Shown in pieces: positions 1 through 10,250 of a stretch of 64,000 nucleotides of DNA (within the stretch, counting starts at the first letter, position 1; every line of letters starts with the position of its first letter). The DNA is from Dictyostelium discoideum (lineage: Eukaryota): the NCBI GenBank assembly GCA_000004695.1, contig CM000151.3, positions 1 to 64,000 on the forward strand. Reading direction: 5' to 3'. Below the pieces are notes generated by a model that had not been told where the DNA came from, made no database searches, and saw only the letters and a program-made list of their open reading frames with translations. A program made the translations under genes and the position numbers.

Positions 1-100
1 NNNNNNNNNNNNNNNNNNNNNNNNNNNNNNNNNNNNNNNNNNNNNNNNNNNNNNNNNNNNNNNNNNNNNNNNNNNNNNNNNNNNNNNNNNNNNNNNNNNN
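1..100. other. assembly gap (run of 100 N)
   Basis: Literal n run at the window start. Confidence 0.99.
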
Positions 101-355
101 TGAATATTGGTGAGAGTTTTATGTTTTGGTTGTTGTGGTTTAGTATTCCTATTCCGTTGCCTCTGTTGGTTGCGCTAATGATGGAGCCAGGAAATAGCTG
201 GTGTGCTTGTGTTGCGTCGGCGTTGAGTTCATTGACTATGGTTATTGCCAATGAGTTTGGGGGGGATTGGGATTTGATAAAGTCTGTTTTGTTTTTGAAG
301 GAGGTGTCAGTGCCCCAACCTCTGACATTCCATTGGTTGATTTTGATTACTACCA

Positions 356-1609
356 TTATGAGATGATATCGATCTCCTCTTGGGAGTCGTTTAGCTGCGG
401 TTTGGATGGTGAAGGGTAGATACTCTCTATGAAGCTCTCAATGATTCCTTTCCTTTCTTTATTGACAGGTGTCTTAGGGGTGGATGGGATGTAAGGGTTG
501 CTTCTGTTTATTGTTGGTGAGAGTTGGGTGACCTCGTTGTTTGAGTGGATTTCCTCGTTCTTGCGTTTATGTGATGGAGGGATGTTTGGTGTCTTCTCTC
601 TGTTTTCCGAGGATGAATGGATGTTAGTGCTCGTTTTGTTGGCATTGTCTTTTTGGATGGCGTTGGATGTTGTGGTAGTGGTTGTGGTGGGTTTGACAGA
701 TTGAGATTCTGCTTGGTTTTTGGGGGGAAGAGGTTGAGAGGATTTTTTTGATTGGGCTCTTTTCTCTTGGGTTGATTGTTTATCAGACTTATTGTTTGCT
801 GGGTTGTTTGTTTGTTGTTGTGGTTTTGGTTGAGAGGATTTGATTGCTATCCTGTTTTGGATGTTGGGAGGATCATCTGTCATCTCATCTTCTAATGGTT
901 CTTCCGTGTTGTTTGACTCTACTTTCTTATTTTTCTTTTGTGAGGAGTAGGTTTTGGTGGCCGTTCTGATGGTAAAGTTGGCGATTTCTGTATTGTGTTG
1001 GCCAGATTTCATTTGATCGCCTATTTTGCATTCTATTAGACCGAATACTAGGAGGTGGTCGGTGGAGTATATAGTATGGTATATTGCATAGGGTATTTCT
1101 TCTGCAAAGGCAGTTTTGATGAGGGCATCCACTATTCCTGCCTTTTCTCTTGGAATTCTTACTCTTCCTGTGAGGACGTGGTAGTCTCTACTGGAGGTGA
1201 TGAAGGTTCCCAATTTGCTTCTATCTCTAATGATATTTAGGAGAGATTGTTCGTTTTTAATCATCAGGTGGATCGTTTTTCTAGTTCCTTTGCCTATGTA
1301 TATCTTGTCGATTGGGATATCGTAGTTTGAGAGTGTTTTTCTCATTTCTTCTAACCCCATGAGATCCATTTTGGGGAATTCGAGTGTAATTGGGTAGAAT
1401 CCGTTGTTTTTCTCGTAGGTTGAGAGAGCAGTCATGTTCAATATGGTCTCGCAGTATTTGGAGATGTCTTTGAGGCCTATTGATAATTTGGGGTAGGTCT
1501 CCTTTATCTCTGCTGTTTTTGTGGAGAATTCCTTAATGAAGTTCTCTGATGCCTCGTCCATATGGGTGGAGGGGTTGGCCATTTTAGCCGCGTCTGCGTA
1601 GGAATTCAT
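356..1609 (-). CDS. retroelement ORF1-like protein (putative TRE-family tRNA-targeted non-LTR retrotransposon; the element body runs leftward into the gap)
   Basis: 417-aa ORF with locally raised G+C compared with the AT-rich flanks. An ordered N-terminal ~230 aa is followed by a basic K/Q/T/S-rich low-complexity tail, as in non-LTR ORF1/Gag-like proteins. It sits ~150-250 bp from the 3' side of a tRNA-like sequence with a B-box-like motif, the known niche of Dictyostelium TRE3-type elements. Family not verifiable without a search. Confidence 0.4.
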   Translation of the reverse strand: MNSYADAAKMANPSTHMDEASENFIKEFSTKTAEIKETYPKLSIGLKDISKYCETILNMTALSTYEKNNGFYPITLEFPKMDLMGLEEMRKTLSNYDIPIDKIYIGKGTRKTIHLMIKNEQSLLNIIRDRSKLGTFITSSRDYHVLTGRVRIPREKAGIVDALIKTAFAEEIPYAIYHTIYSTDHLLVFGLIECKIGDQMKSGQHNTEIANFTIRTATKTYSSQKKNKKVESNNTEEPLEDEMTDDPPNIQNRIAIKSSQPKPQQQTNNPANNKSDKQSTQEKRAQSKKSSQPLPPKNQAESQSVKPTTTTTTTSNAIQKDNANKTSTNIHSSSENREKTPNIPPSHKRKNEEIHSNNEVTQLSPTINRSNPYIPSTPKTPVNKERKGIIESFIESIYPSPSKPQLNDSQEEIDIIS

Positions 1610-1794
1610 CTCGATGGGATTCCTTTGAATCGGCGATTTGGTAAATTAGATCTGTAGATCGTGGTGGATTGGTGATTTTTTTTGAAAGATTGGTTAAAAT
1701 TGACCGAGATTAAGGATAGAAAAGGATGAATTACTTTTCACGTGTATCTTGTATCCTCTTGATCGCGGTGCGGTTTTTTTTGATCAAGGTCCTG

Positions 1795-1810
1795 AGTTCG
1801 AATCCGTTAT
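1795..1810. promoter_or_regulatory. extra B-box-like motif (GAGTTCGAATCCG) ~55-70 bp beyond the 3' side of the tRNA-like sequence
   Basis: Near-match to the pol III B-box GGTTCGANTCC. Dictyostelium tRNA genes frequently carry an ex-B box ~40 bp downstream. Confidence 0.3.
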
Positions 1811-1865
1811 TTAACGGATAAATTTTTTAAAATTTTTTTTTTAATTTTTCAAAAATTACCCAAAA

Positions 1866-1937
1866 GGGATTCGATCCCCCGACCCTCTATCAAAGGGTAG
1901 TCTCATCAACCATTACACCATTTGATTGCTTTGATGA
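1866..1937 (-). tRNA. tRNA-like sequence (possible tRNA gene or pseudogene)
   Basis: Minus-strand read contains TGGTGTAATGGTT (identical to the D-arm region of tRNA-Gln/Glu-type genes), a perfect 5-bp anticodon stem ACCCT/AGGGT with 7-nt loop TTGATAG, and a B-box-like GGGGGATCGAATCCC. A fully paired acceptor stem could not be built by eye, so it may be a degenerate or truncated copy. Confidence 0.3.
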
Positions 1938-2040
1938 AAAATTTAAAAATGATAGAATATTTTATCCCCATTTTTTTGTGCTAAAATTAGATCTTTTTTA
2001 TTAAAAACCTTAAATTTATGTTTAAAGGAAATTTAAATTC

Positions 2041-2345
2041 ACTTTAAATCTACTTTTAATCTACTTTAAATCCTATTTAAAATTAATTTAAAATAAATTT
2101 TAAAGGTATTTTTAAATATCTTAAAAATTATCTTAAAAATTACCTTAAAAATCACCTTTAAAATCACCTTTAAAATCACCTTTAAAATTGCTTAAAAATT
2201 TATTTTAAAGCAAATTTTAAAGGCATTTTTAAATATCTTAAAAATTACCTTAAAAATTACCTTAAAAATGAATTTTTTAAACGCGGCTTTAAATTCAATT
2301 TAAATCCAATTTAAATCAACTTTTCTTTAAATTTGCTTTAAAGGT
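2041..2345 (+). repeat. TTTAAA-rich ~300 bp module, copy 1, ending GCTTTAAAGGTGCATTTTTCTTTGCTGTGTAG
   Basis: Three same-orientation copies (2041-2345, 5150-5465, 6545-6915) share a conserved ~40-bp 3' end and a degenerate (a/c)CTTTAAA(A/T) tandem body. Possibly LTR-like or a non-LTR 3' module; two copies are followed by A-runs and TTGGCGCAAA. Confidence 0.6.
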
Positions 2346-2511
2346 GCATTTTTCTTTGCTGTGTAGTACATAATCTTTATATTTTCTATTTAGATTATTA
2401 CTATTATTTTTATTTCTTAAATAATTTTTTATTTCATTTATTTTTGATTGTTTCATTTTTGGGGAATAAAATAAAATTGTTTCGAAACAAAAAAATAGAA
2501 AAAAATAATTG

Positions 2512-2567
<56 letters not shown>
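2512..2567 (+). repeat. poly(A) run of 56 A followed by TTGGCGCAAA
   Basis: Direct count. May be a retroelement poly(A) tail or a PBS-like TGGCGC motif. Confidence 0.8.
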
Positions 2568-2570
<3 letters not shown>

Positions 2571-2781
2571 GCGCAAACTAAATTTTTTTGTTATAAAAAA
2601 ATAAATAACAAGCAAATAACTGAATAAAATTGGTTTTTTATTGTTCTGATTAAATAAATTGTTTTTTAATTTAATTATAAAAAAAAAAAAAATTTAGTGA
2701 ATTTTTACACTATGTATAAACAGTGTATTTTAGAGTAAAAATTGACTGCCGTTTAGAAAGCGAAATTTCAAAAAAAATTCC

Positions 2782-4464
2782 CTAGAACAAAAGGTAATAT
2801 AATATTGATCTATTCTCTCTTCCTTTCCTTGTTTTATTTGCAAATAGTGAAATTGATGGTTTTGGTTTGTTATCTATTATTTTTGCATTTTTTAAATTAT
2901 TTAAAAAATTTGCAATTTTATTTTTATATTTATCAAAAATGTAATTTAAACATCTTTGTGCGACACCTAATAAAATATTATGTAAAATGTCTGGTTGTGT
3001 TTTTAAATAATTAATGGACAAAGGTTCGACCCACCCTCTGTCCACACCTTTGATACCAATATCTTTTGCTTTTTTTTCCCATACTTTTTTTAATTCTATA
3101 TCAGCATTTAGTTCAGCATAATTTGGTTTGGTGGAGTGAAAATTTGTAATATCTTCTTGTTTTCTTAATGTACCTGATTTGCAAATAAATAAACCATCTC
3201 TTGGTTTGTCACATGTGTGACATGCATATTCATTTGAATTATGTCCATTAAGTTTACACGATGCTCTAAATTCTGGAATATCCATTGTCAGTCCAAACGG
3301 TACAACATCTATTTGTTCATTTTCAATAATTAAATTAAAGCCATTACCAATAAAAGATGAAAACAATGCCCTAATTGTTTGATGAAAATTAAGTAACCAA
3401 TCATTTGGTACTACAAATAATAATAATTTATTATTTTTAAATTCATTTCCAATATAATTTTCTATATCCAGCATTATAGTATAATCTTTCTTGTTTTGAC
3501 ACTGCATACTATCAGTGAATATTCTAAGTAAAACAATTTTATTTTTATTTTTATTTTTTAAATCTTTAAATTGTTGACCACTTTTATAATTTGTATAAAT
3601 TCCAGTTTCAAAATCTGTATCAAAATCTATTCTTTCAAAAAATTGCTTTTTATTTAATAAAGTTTCTAATACTTTTTTAATTTCAAAATAAAAAATTGAG
3701 TGATCATAATTTTTATTTATAAATGTTTCTCCTTTTATTTGAAAATCTTCCATAAATAATTTATCCATATATTGAGGTGTGTATCTTATTTGATTTAAAT
3801 TGGTTTTATTTTTGTCAATAAAACTTTTAAATTTTTCAAGTAGCTTTAAACTTATTGAGTTTTCAATTCCCAACATTAAAAATTCAATTTCAGTTTCATT
3901 TAATTTTTTTTTTGATTTTTCATTATCTAAATTATTATTTAGATTATTATTTATTGGTTCGTTTTGAGCATTTTCATTTTCATTATTTTCATTATTTTCA
4001 TTATTAATGTTTGCTTCATTTTCATCTATTCTAATTTCATTGTTTTCATCTTCACTATGTACCAACCCAATTATATCATGATTTTCTTCATTATCAATTG
4101 TTTGATTATTATCATTATTTTCATTATTTTCTTGATAAAAAATTTCATCTTGGTTTTGGTTACATAAATGTTTACATGGGTCATCTGGATCATTTGTTGG
4201 ATATTTTATTTTTTCACCAGTAATATCCATTAATTTTTTATAAAAGCTATCTCTTTTTTGATTATTTGTAATAATTTTATTTTGTTCATTTTTACATTTT
4301 TTGGTGTTGAAATGTCCATTTACATCATAAAATTGTTTATAAGAACGGTAATATGCAAGACAAAATGGACATATATTTTTATGCATAATATAATGAATAA
4401 TAATATTTTTAAAATTCTTTAATTTTTCTCTGCAATTAATGCATGATATGTTATTTAAATTCAT
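2782..4464 (-). CDS. hypothetical 560-aa protein with Cys/His-rich zinc-finger-like N- and C-terminal segments and an Asn/Glu-rich low-complexity core; possibly encoded by a repeat element
   Basis: Long ORF embedded between module copies 1 and 2. Contains CINCREKLKNF..H..MHKNICPFC and YACHTCDKPRDGLFICKSG motifs. No recognisable transposase or RT motifs seen by eye. Confidence 0.4.
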   Translation of the reverse strand: MNLNNISCINCREKLKNFKNIIIHYIMHKNICPFCLAYYRSYKQFYDVNGHFNTKKCKNEQNKIITNNQKRDSFYKKLMDITGEKIKYPTNDPDDPCKHLCNQNQDEIFYQENNENNDNNQTIDNEENHDIIGLVHSEDENNEIRIDENEANINNENNENNENENAQNEPINNNLNNNLDNEKSKKKLNETEIEFLMLGIENSISLKLLEKFKSFIDKNKTNLNQIRYTPQYMDKLFMEDFQIKGETFINKNYDHSIFYFEIKKVLETLLNKKQFFERIDFDTDFETGIYTNYKSGQQFKDLKNKNKNKIVLLRIFTDSMQCQNKKDYTIMLDIENYIGNEFKNNKLLLFVVPNDWLLNFHQTIRALFSSFIGNGFNLIIENEQIDVVPFGLTMDIPEFRASCKLNGHNSNEYACHTCDKPRDGLFICKSGTLRKQEDITNFHSTKPNYAELNADIELKKVWEKKAKDIGIKGVDRGWVEPLSINYLKTQPDILHNILLGVAQRCLNYIFDKYKNKIANFLNNLKNAKIIDNKPKPSISLFANKTRKGRENRSILYYLLF

Positions 4465-5149
4465 TTTGTTTGCTGGCTGGAAATTAAAAATAATATTTTT
4501 TTTTTTTTTTTTCCTCGAGTTTTTACGTTTTTTTTTTTTTTTTTTTTCATTTTATTCAAATTTTAGCATTATAGCAAGTAGATATATGATTTAGTACTTA
4601 GAATTTTATATTTAGAGGGATATACCCCATTTTCAAAAAATGACGGGGAACCTATGACCCTGTCTATACCTTTTTCTTTTTAAAATATTAAAAAAAAAAA
4701 CTATAAAATCTGCCCAATTAATTGTAAAACTACACAAATGCAATAATATACATGTGCACTCGTTAATTGTTTATTAATTATAAAAAATAAAAAATAAAAA
4801 ATCTTTTTTTATATGTATGTTTATACTTATAATATAAATATGCAAAACAAATAATTAAATTTTTTTTTTTTTTTTTGATATTTTTCGCTTTTTGAAATGA
4901 GAAGTAAAATTTAAAATAAAATAATATAAAACCCAAGGCAACTGAAACACTTATTTATTATTAATTAATAAAAATAATAATAATAGAATTCAATTGCCAC
5001 TGAAACAAATAAATAAAGAATTAAAATTAATTTGGTTATCTTTTTAGTTGTTTTTTTTTTTTAATTTTCTTAATTTTTTTTTTTTTTTTAATTTTCTTAA
5101 TTTTTTTTTTTTTTTTTAATAAATTTGAAACAAATAGTGTAAAAATTGA

Positions 5150-5465
5150 TTTGAAATGTATTTAAAATGCATTTAAAATGTATTTTAAAAAATATAATTA
5201 ATAAAAGCTTAAAAAAGGATTGATAAGTAATTTTAAATTACATTAAAAATAACTTTTTTTAATTTATTATAAAGTGATTAAAACATTATTTAAAAACCGC
5301 TTTATAATAAATTTAAAAGGTCATTTTTAATGTAATTTTAAATGACCTTAAAAATATCTTTAAAATTACCTTTTTAAAAAGCAAATTTAAAGCCAATTTA
5401 AAGCAAATTTAAATTGTATTTGCTTGAAATTGGCTTTAAAGGTGCATTTTTCTTTGCTGTGAAGT
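5150..5465 (+). repeat. TTTAAA-rich module, copy 2, ending GCTTTAAAGGTGCATTTTTCTTTGCTGTGAAG, followed by TTTTGGCGC and an A-rich tract
   Basis: Shares the conserved 3' ~40 bp with copies 1 and 3. Confidence 0.6.
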
Positions 5466-5640
5466 TTTGGCGCAAAAAAAAAAAAAAAAATAAAATAAAA
5501 AAAAAAAAATAAAAAAATAAAAAAAAAAAAAATAAAAAAACTTAAATAGAACTAATAATCAAATAAAAGATAATAATTTAATAAACTTTATTTGTTTTTT
5601 GAAAAAAAAAAAAATTTAGGGTCAGTGATTTTTTTTTTTT

Positions 5641-5735
5641 TCACTACGCTACTGTAGTGAAATTAAATAATAAAATTCACTACGCTACTGTAGTGAAATT
5701 AAATAAAAAAATTCACTACGCTACTGTAGTGAAAT
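5641..5735 (+). repeat. three tandem copies of a ~32-bp unit containing the hairpin TTCACTAC-GCTACT-GTAGTGAA (8-bp stem)
   Basis: Exact repeats read directly: TTCACTACGCTACTGTAGTGAAATTAAATAATAAAA x3. Confidence 0.75.
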
Positions 5736-5743
5736 TTTATTGA

Positions 5744-6097
5744 AAATTCCCTACAACAAATGGTAATAGGATGATTCATGTGGATGAAATTAAATCATTT
5801 ATTGGAGAAGACAGAACATTATTCAGTAAAAGAAACAAAAAAACCCACATTCCATTGGAAGATGAAATTGAAAAGGTGGTTAACAAAAGATGTAGAACTT
5901 ATGGAACTGGTTCCAGAATAGAATATTTAATTAGATACAAGAACTCAAGCGAAGACAACGATATGTGGGTACCAAAACATTATTTGGATGAGGTGCCACA
6001 GCTAATTAAAGAATTTGATGACAAATTATCATCAGAAGGGGTCAGGAACGAAGATAATTTTAAGATCCATAACAAAAGGTTACAAACCATCGCATAA
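5744..6097 (+). CDS. small chromodomain protein (~108 aa from ATG at 5771), likely derived from a chromovirus (Skipper-like) integrase C-terminus or a domesticated copy
   Basis: Chromodomain signature EIEKVVNKRCRTYGTGSRIEYLIRYKNSSEDNDMWVPKHYLDEVPQLIKEF (Y..W.G..-to-W.P..L pattern). Open frame begins at 5744 inside a sequence homologous to 2771-2800. Flanked by the repeat modules. Confidence 0.5.
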   Translation, partial: KFPTTNGNRMIHVDEIKSFIGEDRTLFSKRNKKTHIPLEDEIEKVVNKRCRTYGTGSRIEYLIRYKNSSEDNDMWVPKHYLDEVPQLIKEFDDKLSSEGVRNEDNFKIHNKRLQTIA

Positions 6098-6110
6098 AAT
6101 ATTATTCAAT

Positions 6111-6200
6111 TTCGGATATTTTGTGTACCATTAACGTACCATTAACGTACCAATAACGTACCAAATTCGTACCCAATTTTTAATCAATTATGTACCAATT
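6111..6200 (+). repeat. degenerate ~11-bp tandem repeat (GTACCATTAACG / GTACCAATAACG / GTACCAAATTCG ...)
   Basis: Five to six head-to-tail units immediately 3' of the chromodomain ORF. Confidence 0.6.
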
Positions 6201-6303
6201 TTAAAAAAAAAAATACAGAAAGGGATATAAACAATACTTGAATTAATATACGATAATTATAGAATTAATATAAAAAAATAATACATAATAATACAAAAAA
6301 AAT

Positions 6304-6358
<55 letters not shown>

Positions 6359-6544
6359 GTAAAATTTTCAAAGAAAAAAAAAGAAAAAAAAAAAAGATAA
6401 TATTTTATTAGAATCCTTTACCAATCTTGTCAAGAAGGGGGACATGTAATGAATATTACATTTTATAATAAATAAATAATAATAAATAATAATAATAAAT
6501 AATAAATAATAATAATAAATAATAAATAATAATAACACAGCGAA

Positions 6545-6915
6545 GAAAAAACCACCTTTAAAGCAAATTTAAATTTAATTTAAAGCGAATTTAAAGTCCT
6601 AAATTAAAGCTAATTTTTAAGGTAATTTTAAAGGTAATTTTTAAGGTTACTTTAAAATATTATAATTTTTAATCATATTTTTAAGGAATTTTAAAGAGCA
6701 TTATAAAGGTAATTTTAAAGGGCATTTTAAAGTTAATTTTAAAGAGCATTATAAAGGTAATTTTAAAGGTAATTTTAAAGGTCATTTTAAAGGTCATTTT
6801 AAAGGTCATTTAAAAAATTGCTTTTAAATTAATTTTTATGTGACTTTTTTATAGGACTATAAATCCACTTTTAATTAAATTTAAAGTTGCTTTAAAGGTG
6901 TAATTTTCATCGCTG
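6545..6915 (+). repeat. TTTAAA-rich module, copy 3, ending GCTTTAAAGGTGTAATTTTCATCGCTGTGCAAG
   Basis: Shares the conserved terminus with copies 1 and 2. Followed by a short moderately GC-rich coding-like stretch (6915-7160). Confidence 0.55.
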
Positions 6916-7299
6916 TGCAAGACAACAAAACTCCAACTCAAATCAAAGAAACCAATCAAAGAAAAGAAAATCAAGAAATCAAAATACTTCAAGTGATGAT
7001 GATGAACTTGATCTTAGTTTACAAATTAAAACAACTAGATCAGGAAGAAAAGTTACACCCAAGAGATTATAGTCCACCTCTGAGCCATAGCTAGCCTAAA
7101 GAAGGAAGGTGTTAGAGACTCAAAACTAAATTAATTTAAAGTTAGTATGAGCTCAACAACATAACAAATTCGCGCATCTCATATAAAAATATTTCATTTA
7201 ATTTTAATTTTTATTTTTTAATTGATATTAAAAAAAAAAAAAATGAAAATATTTTCAAAAAAAAAAAACTTTTTTTGTGAAAGGATTATTTATTTTTTT

Positions 7300-7870
7300 A
7301 TAATTGGAGTTAATTATAAATAATTCAATTATTCACTGAGAGATCTATTAAAAATGAATTTAAAAAATAAAAAAAAATAAAAAAATAAAAATAAAATAAA
7401 AATAAAAAAAAAATAAAAAAAAATAAAAAAAATAAATAAAAAAAAATAAAAAAATAAAAAAAAAAAAAAAAATAAAAAAAATTTATGTTTTTTTAATGGA
7501 CCATTCAGTGGATAATTGAATTAGTTATAACTCGGCATATTTTAAAAAAGATCGAGTTATCCGGAAAAGATCAATCTTTTCGCGAAAAAATTTTCATTGG
7601 CCATATTATTTTTTTTTTTGAAGTTCCTTTTTTCCAAGTTCATTTTTTTTTTTTTTTATATTTTCTTTATTTCTCAATAACTACATACCAAATTTAATTC
7701 TACAATAGGTCTTAACAAATATTGTTTAATATTATTTAAAATTTTTGATTTAAATAATGCGTTTTATTAAAAAAAAAAAAAACTTTTCGAAATAGCTGAA
7801 TTTATTCCAGGATAACTCTATCTTTTTAGAAAATGTCGAGTTAATTATAATTAATTCAATTATTCTCTTG
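7300..7870. repeat. cluster of a ~30-bp motif (CGAGTTAATTATAATTAATTCAATTATTC) in + / - / + orientation (7308, 7498-7540 inverted, 7838) plus inverted CGAGTTATCCGG / CCAGGATAACTC pair
   Basis: Motifs compared by eye. Lies ~250 bp upstream of the lsg1 start. Possibly MITE-like or a regulatory element. Confidence 0.4.
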
Positions 7871-8122
7871 TATGCCCGTTGGAAAAAAAAAAATTTTAAT
7901 ATCCGCAATTGAATTATGTTGCAACAAGTATTTGTTAAAATTAAATTAAAAAATATTTTAATATTTTTGTTTCTCGTTAAACGATTCACATAATTTTTTT
8001 ATTTTTTTTTTTTTATTTTTTTTTTTTTTTAATTTTTTTATTTTTTCAATTTTTTATTTTTTTGCGAAGTTTTTTCGTTTTTTTTATTTTTTTATTTTTT
8101 AGTTGAAAAAATATTATATAAA

Positions 8123-10189
8123 ATGGTAAAGGGTAATAATAAGCCAACAAAGTTAGGTGATACCTTAATTAAATCAAGAAATAAGAAACTAGGTAGAACA
8201 TTCAATGAACAAACCATTGGTGTATGTAGTTTAATTTTTAATAAATAATAAATAATAAATAATAAATAATAAATAATAAATAATAATAAAATAAAATTTA
8301 TTAAAATTTTAAAATAATTATTAGATGTTTACAACAGATATTGATCCAAAAGAAGAAAGAAAGAAATTAGTATCAAATACAGATACAGGTAATAATTTAG
8401 AGAATTTTTTAGAGATAACATCGTTAGAACAAAAAGTATTTGAAAGTGAGAAACAAAATGTAGTAGTTATAAGTAAAACATCATCTACAGTATTATCAAA
8501 AGAAGAGAAAGAGAAAAAGACGAATGATCATCAAAAACTTATGGAAAAACATAGACTCTATTGGAATTCATTGACTATTCCACGTAGACCACAATGGAAT
8601 GAAAATACCACAACCGAAGAATTGTTAGAATTGGAGAAAGAAGTATTTTATCATTGGAGAAAAGGTATTGCAAAGTTGGAAGAGGAACAAGGTTTATTGG
8701 TAACACCATTTGAAAAGAATGCTGAAGTTTGGAAACAATTGTGGCGTGTTGCTGAACGTTCCGATCTTTTAGTACAAATTGTTGATTGTAGAAATCCATT
8801 ATTATTTAGATGTCCAGATTTAGAGAAATACGTCAAAGAGATCAATGTTAACAAGGTCAATTTACTCTTGGTCAATAAGGCTGATTTACTTACAAAGTTA
8901 CAAAGAAAGAAATGGGCAAAATATTTCGAATCTGAAGGTGTAGAGTTTAGATTCTTTTCAGCTCATAAAGAACAAGTACGTATTGAAAAACAAAGACAAT
9001 TACAACGTTTAATCGAAGAGGGTTCCATTGATCATGAACTCTTTGAACAAGAGGAAAAGAAAAGAAAAGAACAATTGGCTGCAGCATCCATTCAATTAAC
9101 ACCAGAGGAAACTCTTGAAGATTTAAAGATTAAAATCTATAATCGTGAAGAGATTTTAGAAGAGTTTTTAAAACTTCAACCAAAACCTTTGGCTGATAAT
9201 CGTTATAATAATCGTGTTGTCGTTGGTTTAGCAGGTTATCCAAATGTTGGTAAATCTTCAACTATCAATGTTTTATATGGTGAAAAGAAAGTTGCCGTCG
9301 CTGCAACTCCTGGTAAAACTAAATATGTTCAAACCATTATACTCGATGATGAAATTGTTCTATTGGATTGTCCTGGTTTGGTTTTTCCAACACTTTCAAC
9401 TTCAAAAGCAGATTTGGTTTGTAATGGTTTACTTCCAATCGATCAATTACGTGATTTCATTTCACCTGTAGATTTGATTTGTGAACGTTTACCAAGATCA
9501 CATCTAGAGGAAATCTATCGTGTTGGTATTCCAAAACCACAAGAACATGAACCACAAGATAGACCTCCAACCGCAAATGAATTCTTATCTGCCTATGGTT
9601 ATATGAGAGGTTTTCGTACTGTTCATGGTGCCCCAGATCAATCTCGTGCTGCTCGTATCGTTTTAAAAGATTTTGTAAATGGTAAATTATTATATTGTCA
9701 TCCACCACCAGGTTTTGATTCTATTAAATTTCAAAGAAAAACAATAAAAGGTAGTAATTTAATTATTAATAATGAAAATGAATTTGATAATAATAATACT
9801 ACTACAACTACTACTACTACAAATGAAACTCAACATAAAATTTCACATTTTGGTTCAACAAGTGATGATTTAACAGTTACTGGTAAAAAAGTTACATATG
9901 ATTTCAATAAAGATAATGAAGCAAAATATATTTATCAAGATCAAGTTTCAGCTTTAACAAAAGATAAATCAAAGAAAAAGAAAAAAGTTATAAATTTACA
10001 AAAAGAACACATTGATTCAAATAAAAAAGATGCTTATACTCGTACTCAATTCCTTCATTCAACTACTCCTGAAGCTGCTAAATTAGAAAATATGTCCAAA
10101 AAAGAAAAAGAAGAAAATTCAAGAAAACGTTTAGAACAAATTAAAGCTTTAAAACAACAAATTTTACAACAACAACAACAACAACAACC

Positions 10190-10233
<44 letters not shown>

Positions 10234-10250
10234 CTGATGAACAAAATTAA
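8123..10250 (+). CDS. large-subunit GTPase 1 (Lsg1, circularly permuted YRG-family GTPase); join(8123..8221, 8325..10250)
   Basis: Exon 1 MVKGNNKPTKLGDTLIKSRNKKLGRTFNEQTIG matches the Lsg1 N-terminus. Intron GTATGT..TTATTAG at 8222-8324. Exon 2 has permuted G motifs, LLVNKADLL (G4) before GYPNVGKSST (G1), plus DCPGLVFP and a YGYMRGF box, closely matching LSG1. Confidence 0.85.

Noticed and set aside
1866-1937. Calling a definite intact tRNA gene with anticodon assignment (the loop reads GAT, Ile)
   Set aside because: Could not pair an acceptor stem, and the D-stem is broken relative to the tRNA-Gln/Glu-like D-loop. Reported only as tRNA-like, not as a typed tRNA.
2805-4167. Plus-strand ORFs 2805-3014 and 3964-4167 inside the 2782-4464 minus-strand gene
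   Set aside because: They are antisense low-complexity (L/F/I-rich) readings of a coding region. No independent support.
4600-4680. GC-richer island AGGGATATACCCCATTTTCAAAAAATGACGGGGAACCTATGACCCTGTC as a possible tRNA or small RNA
   Set aside because: No A/B boxes or cloverleaf. Only a short imperfect palindrome. Left unassigned.
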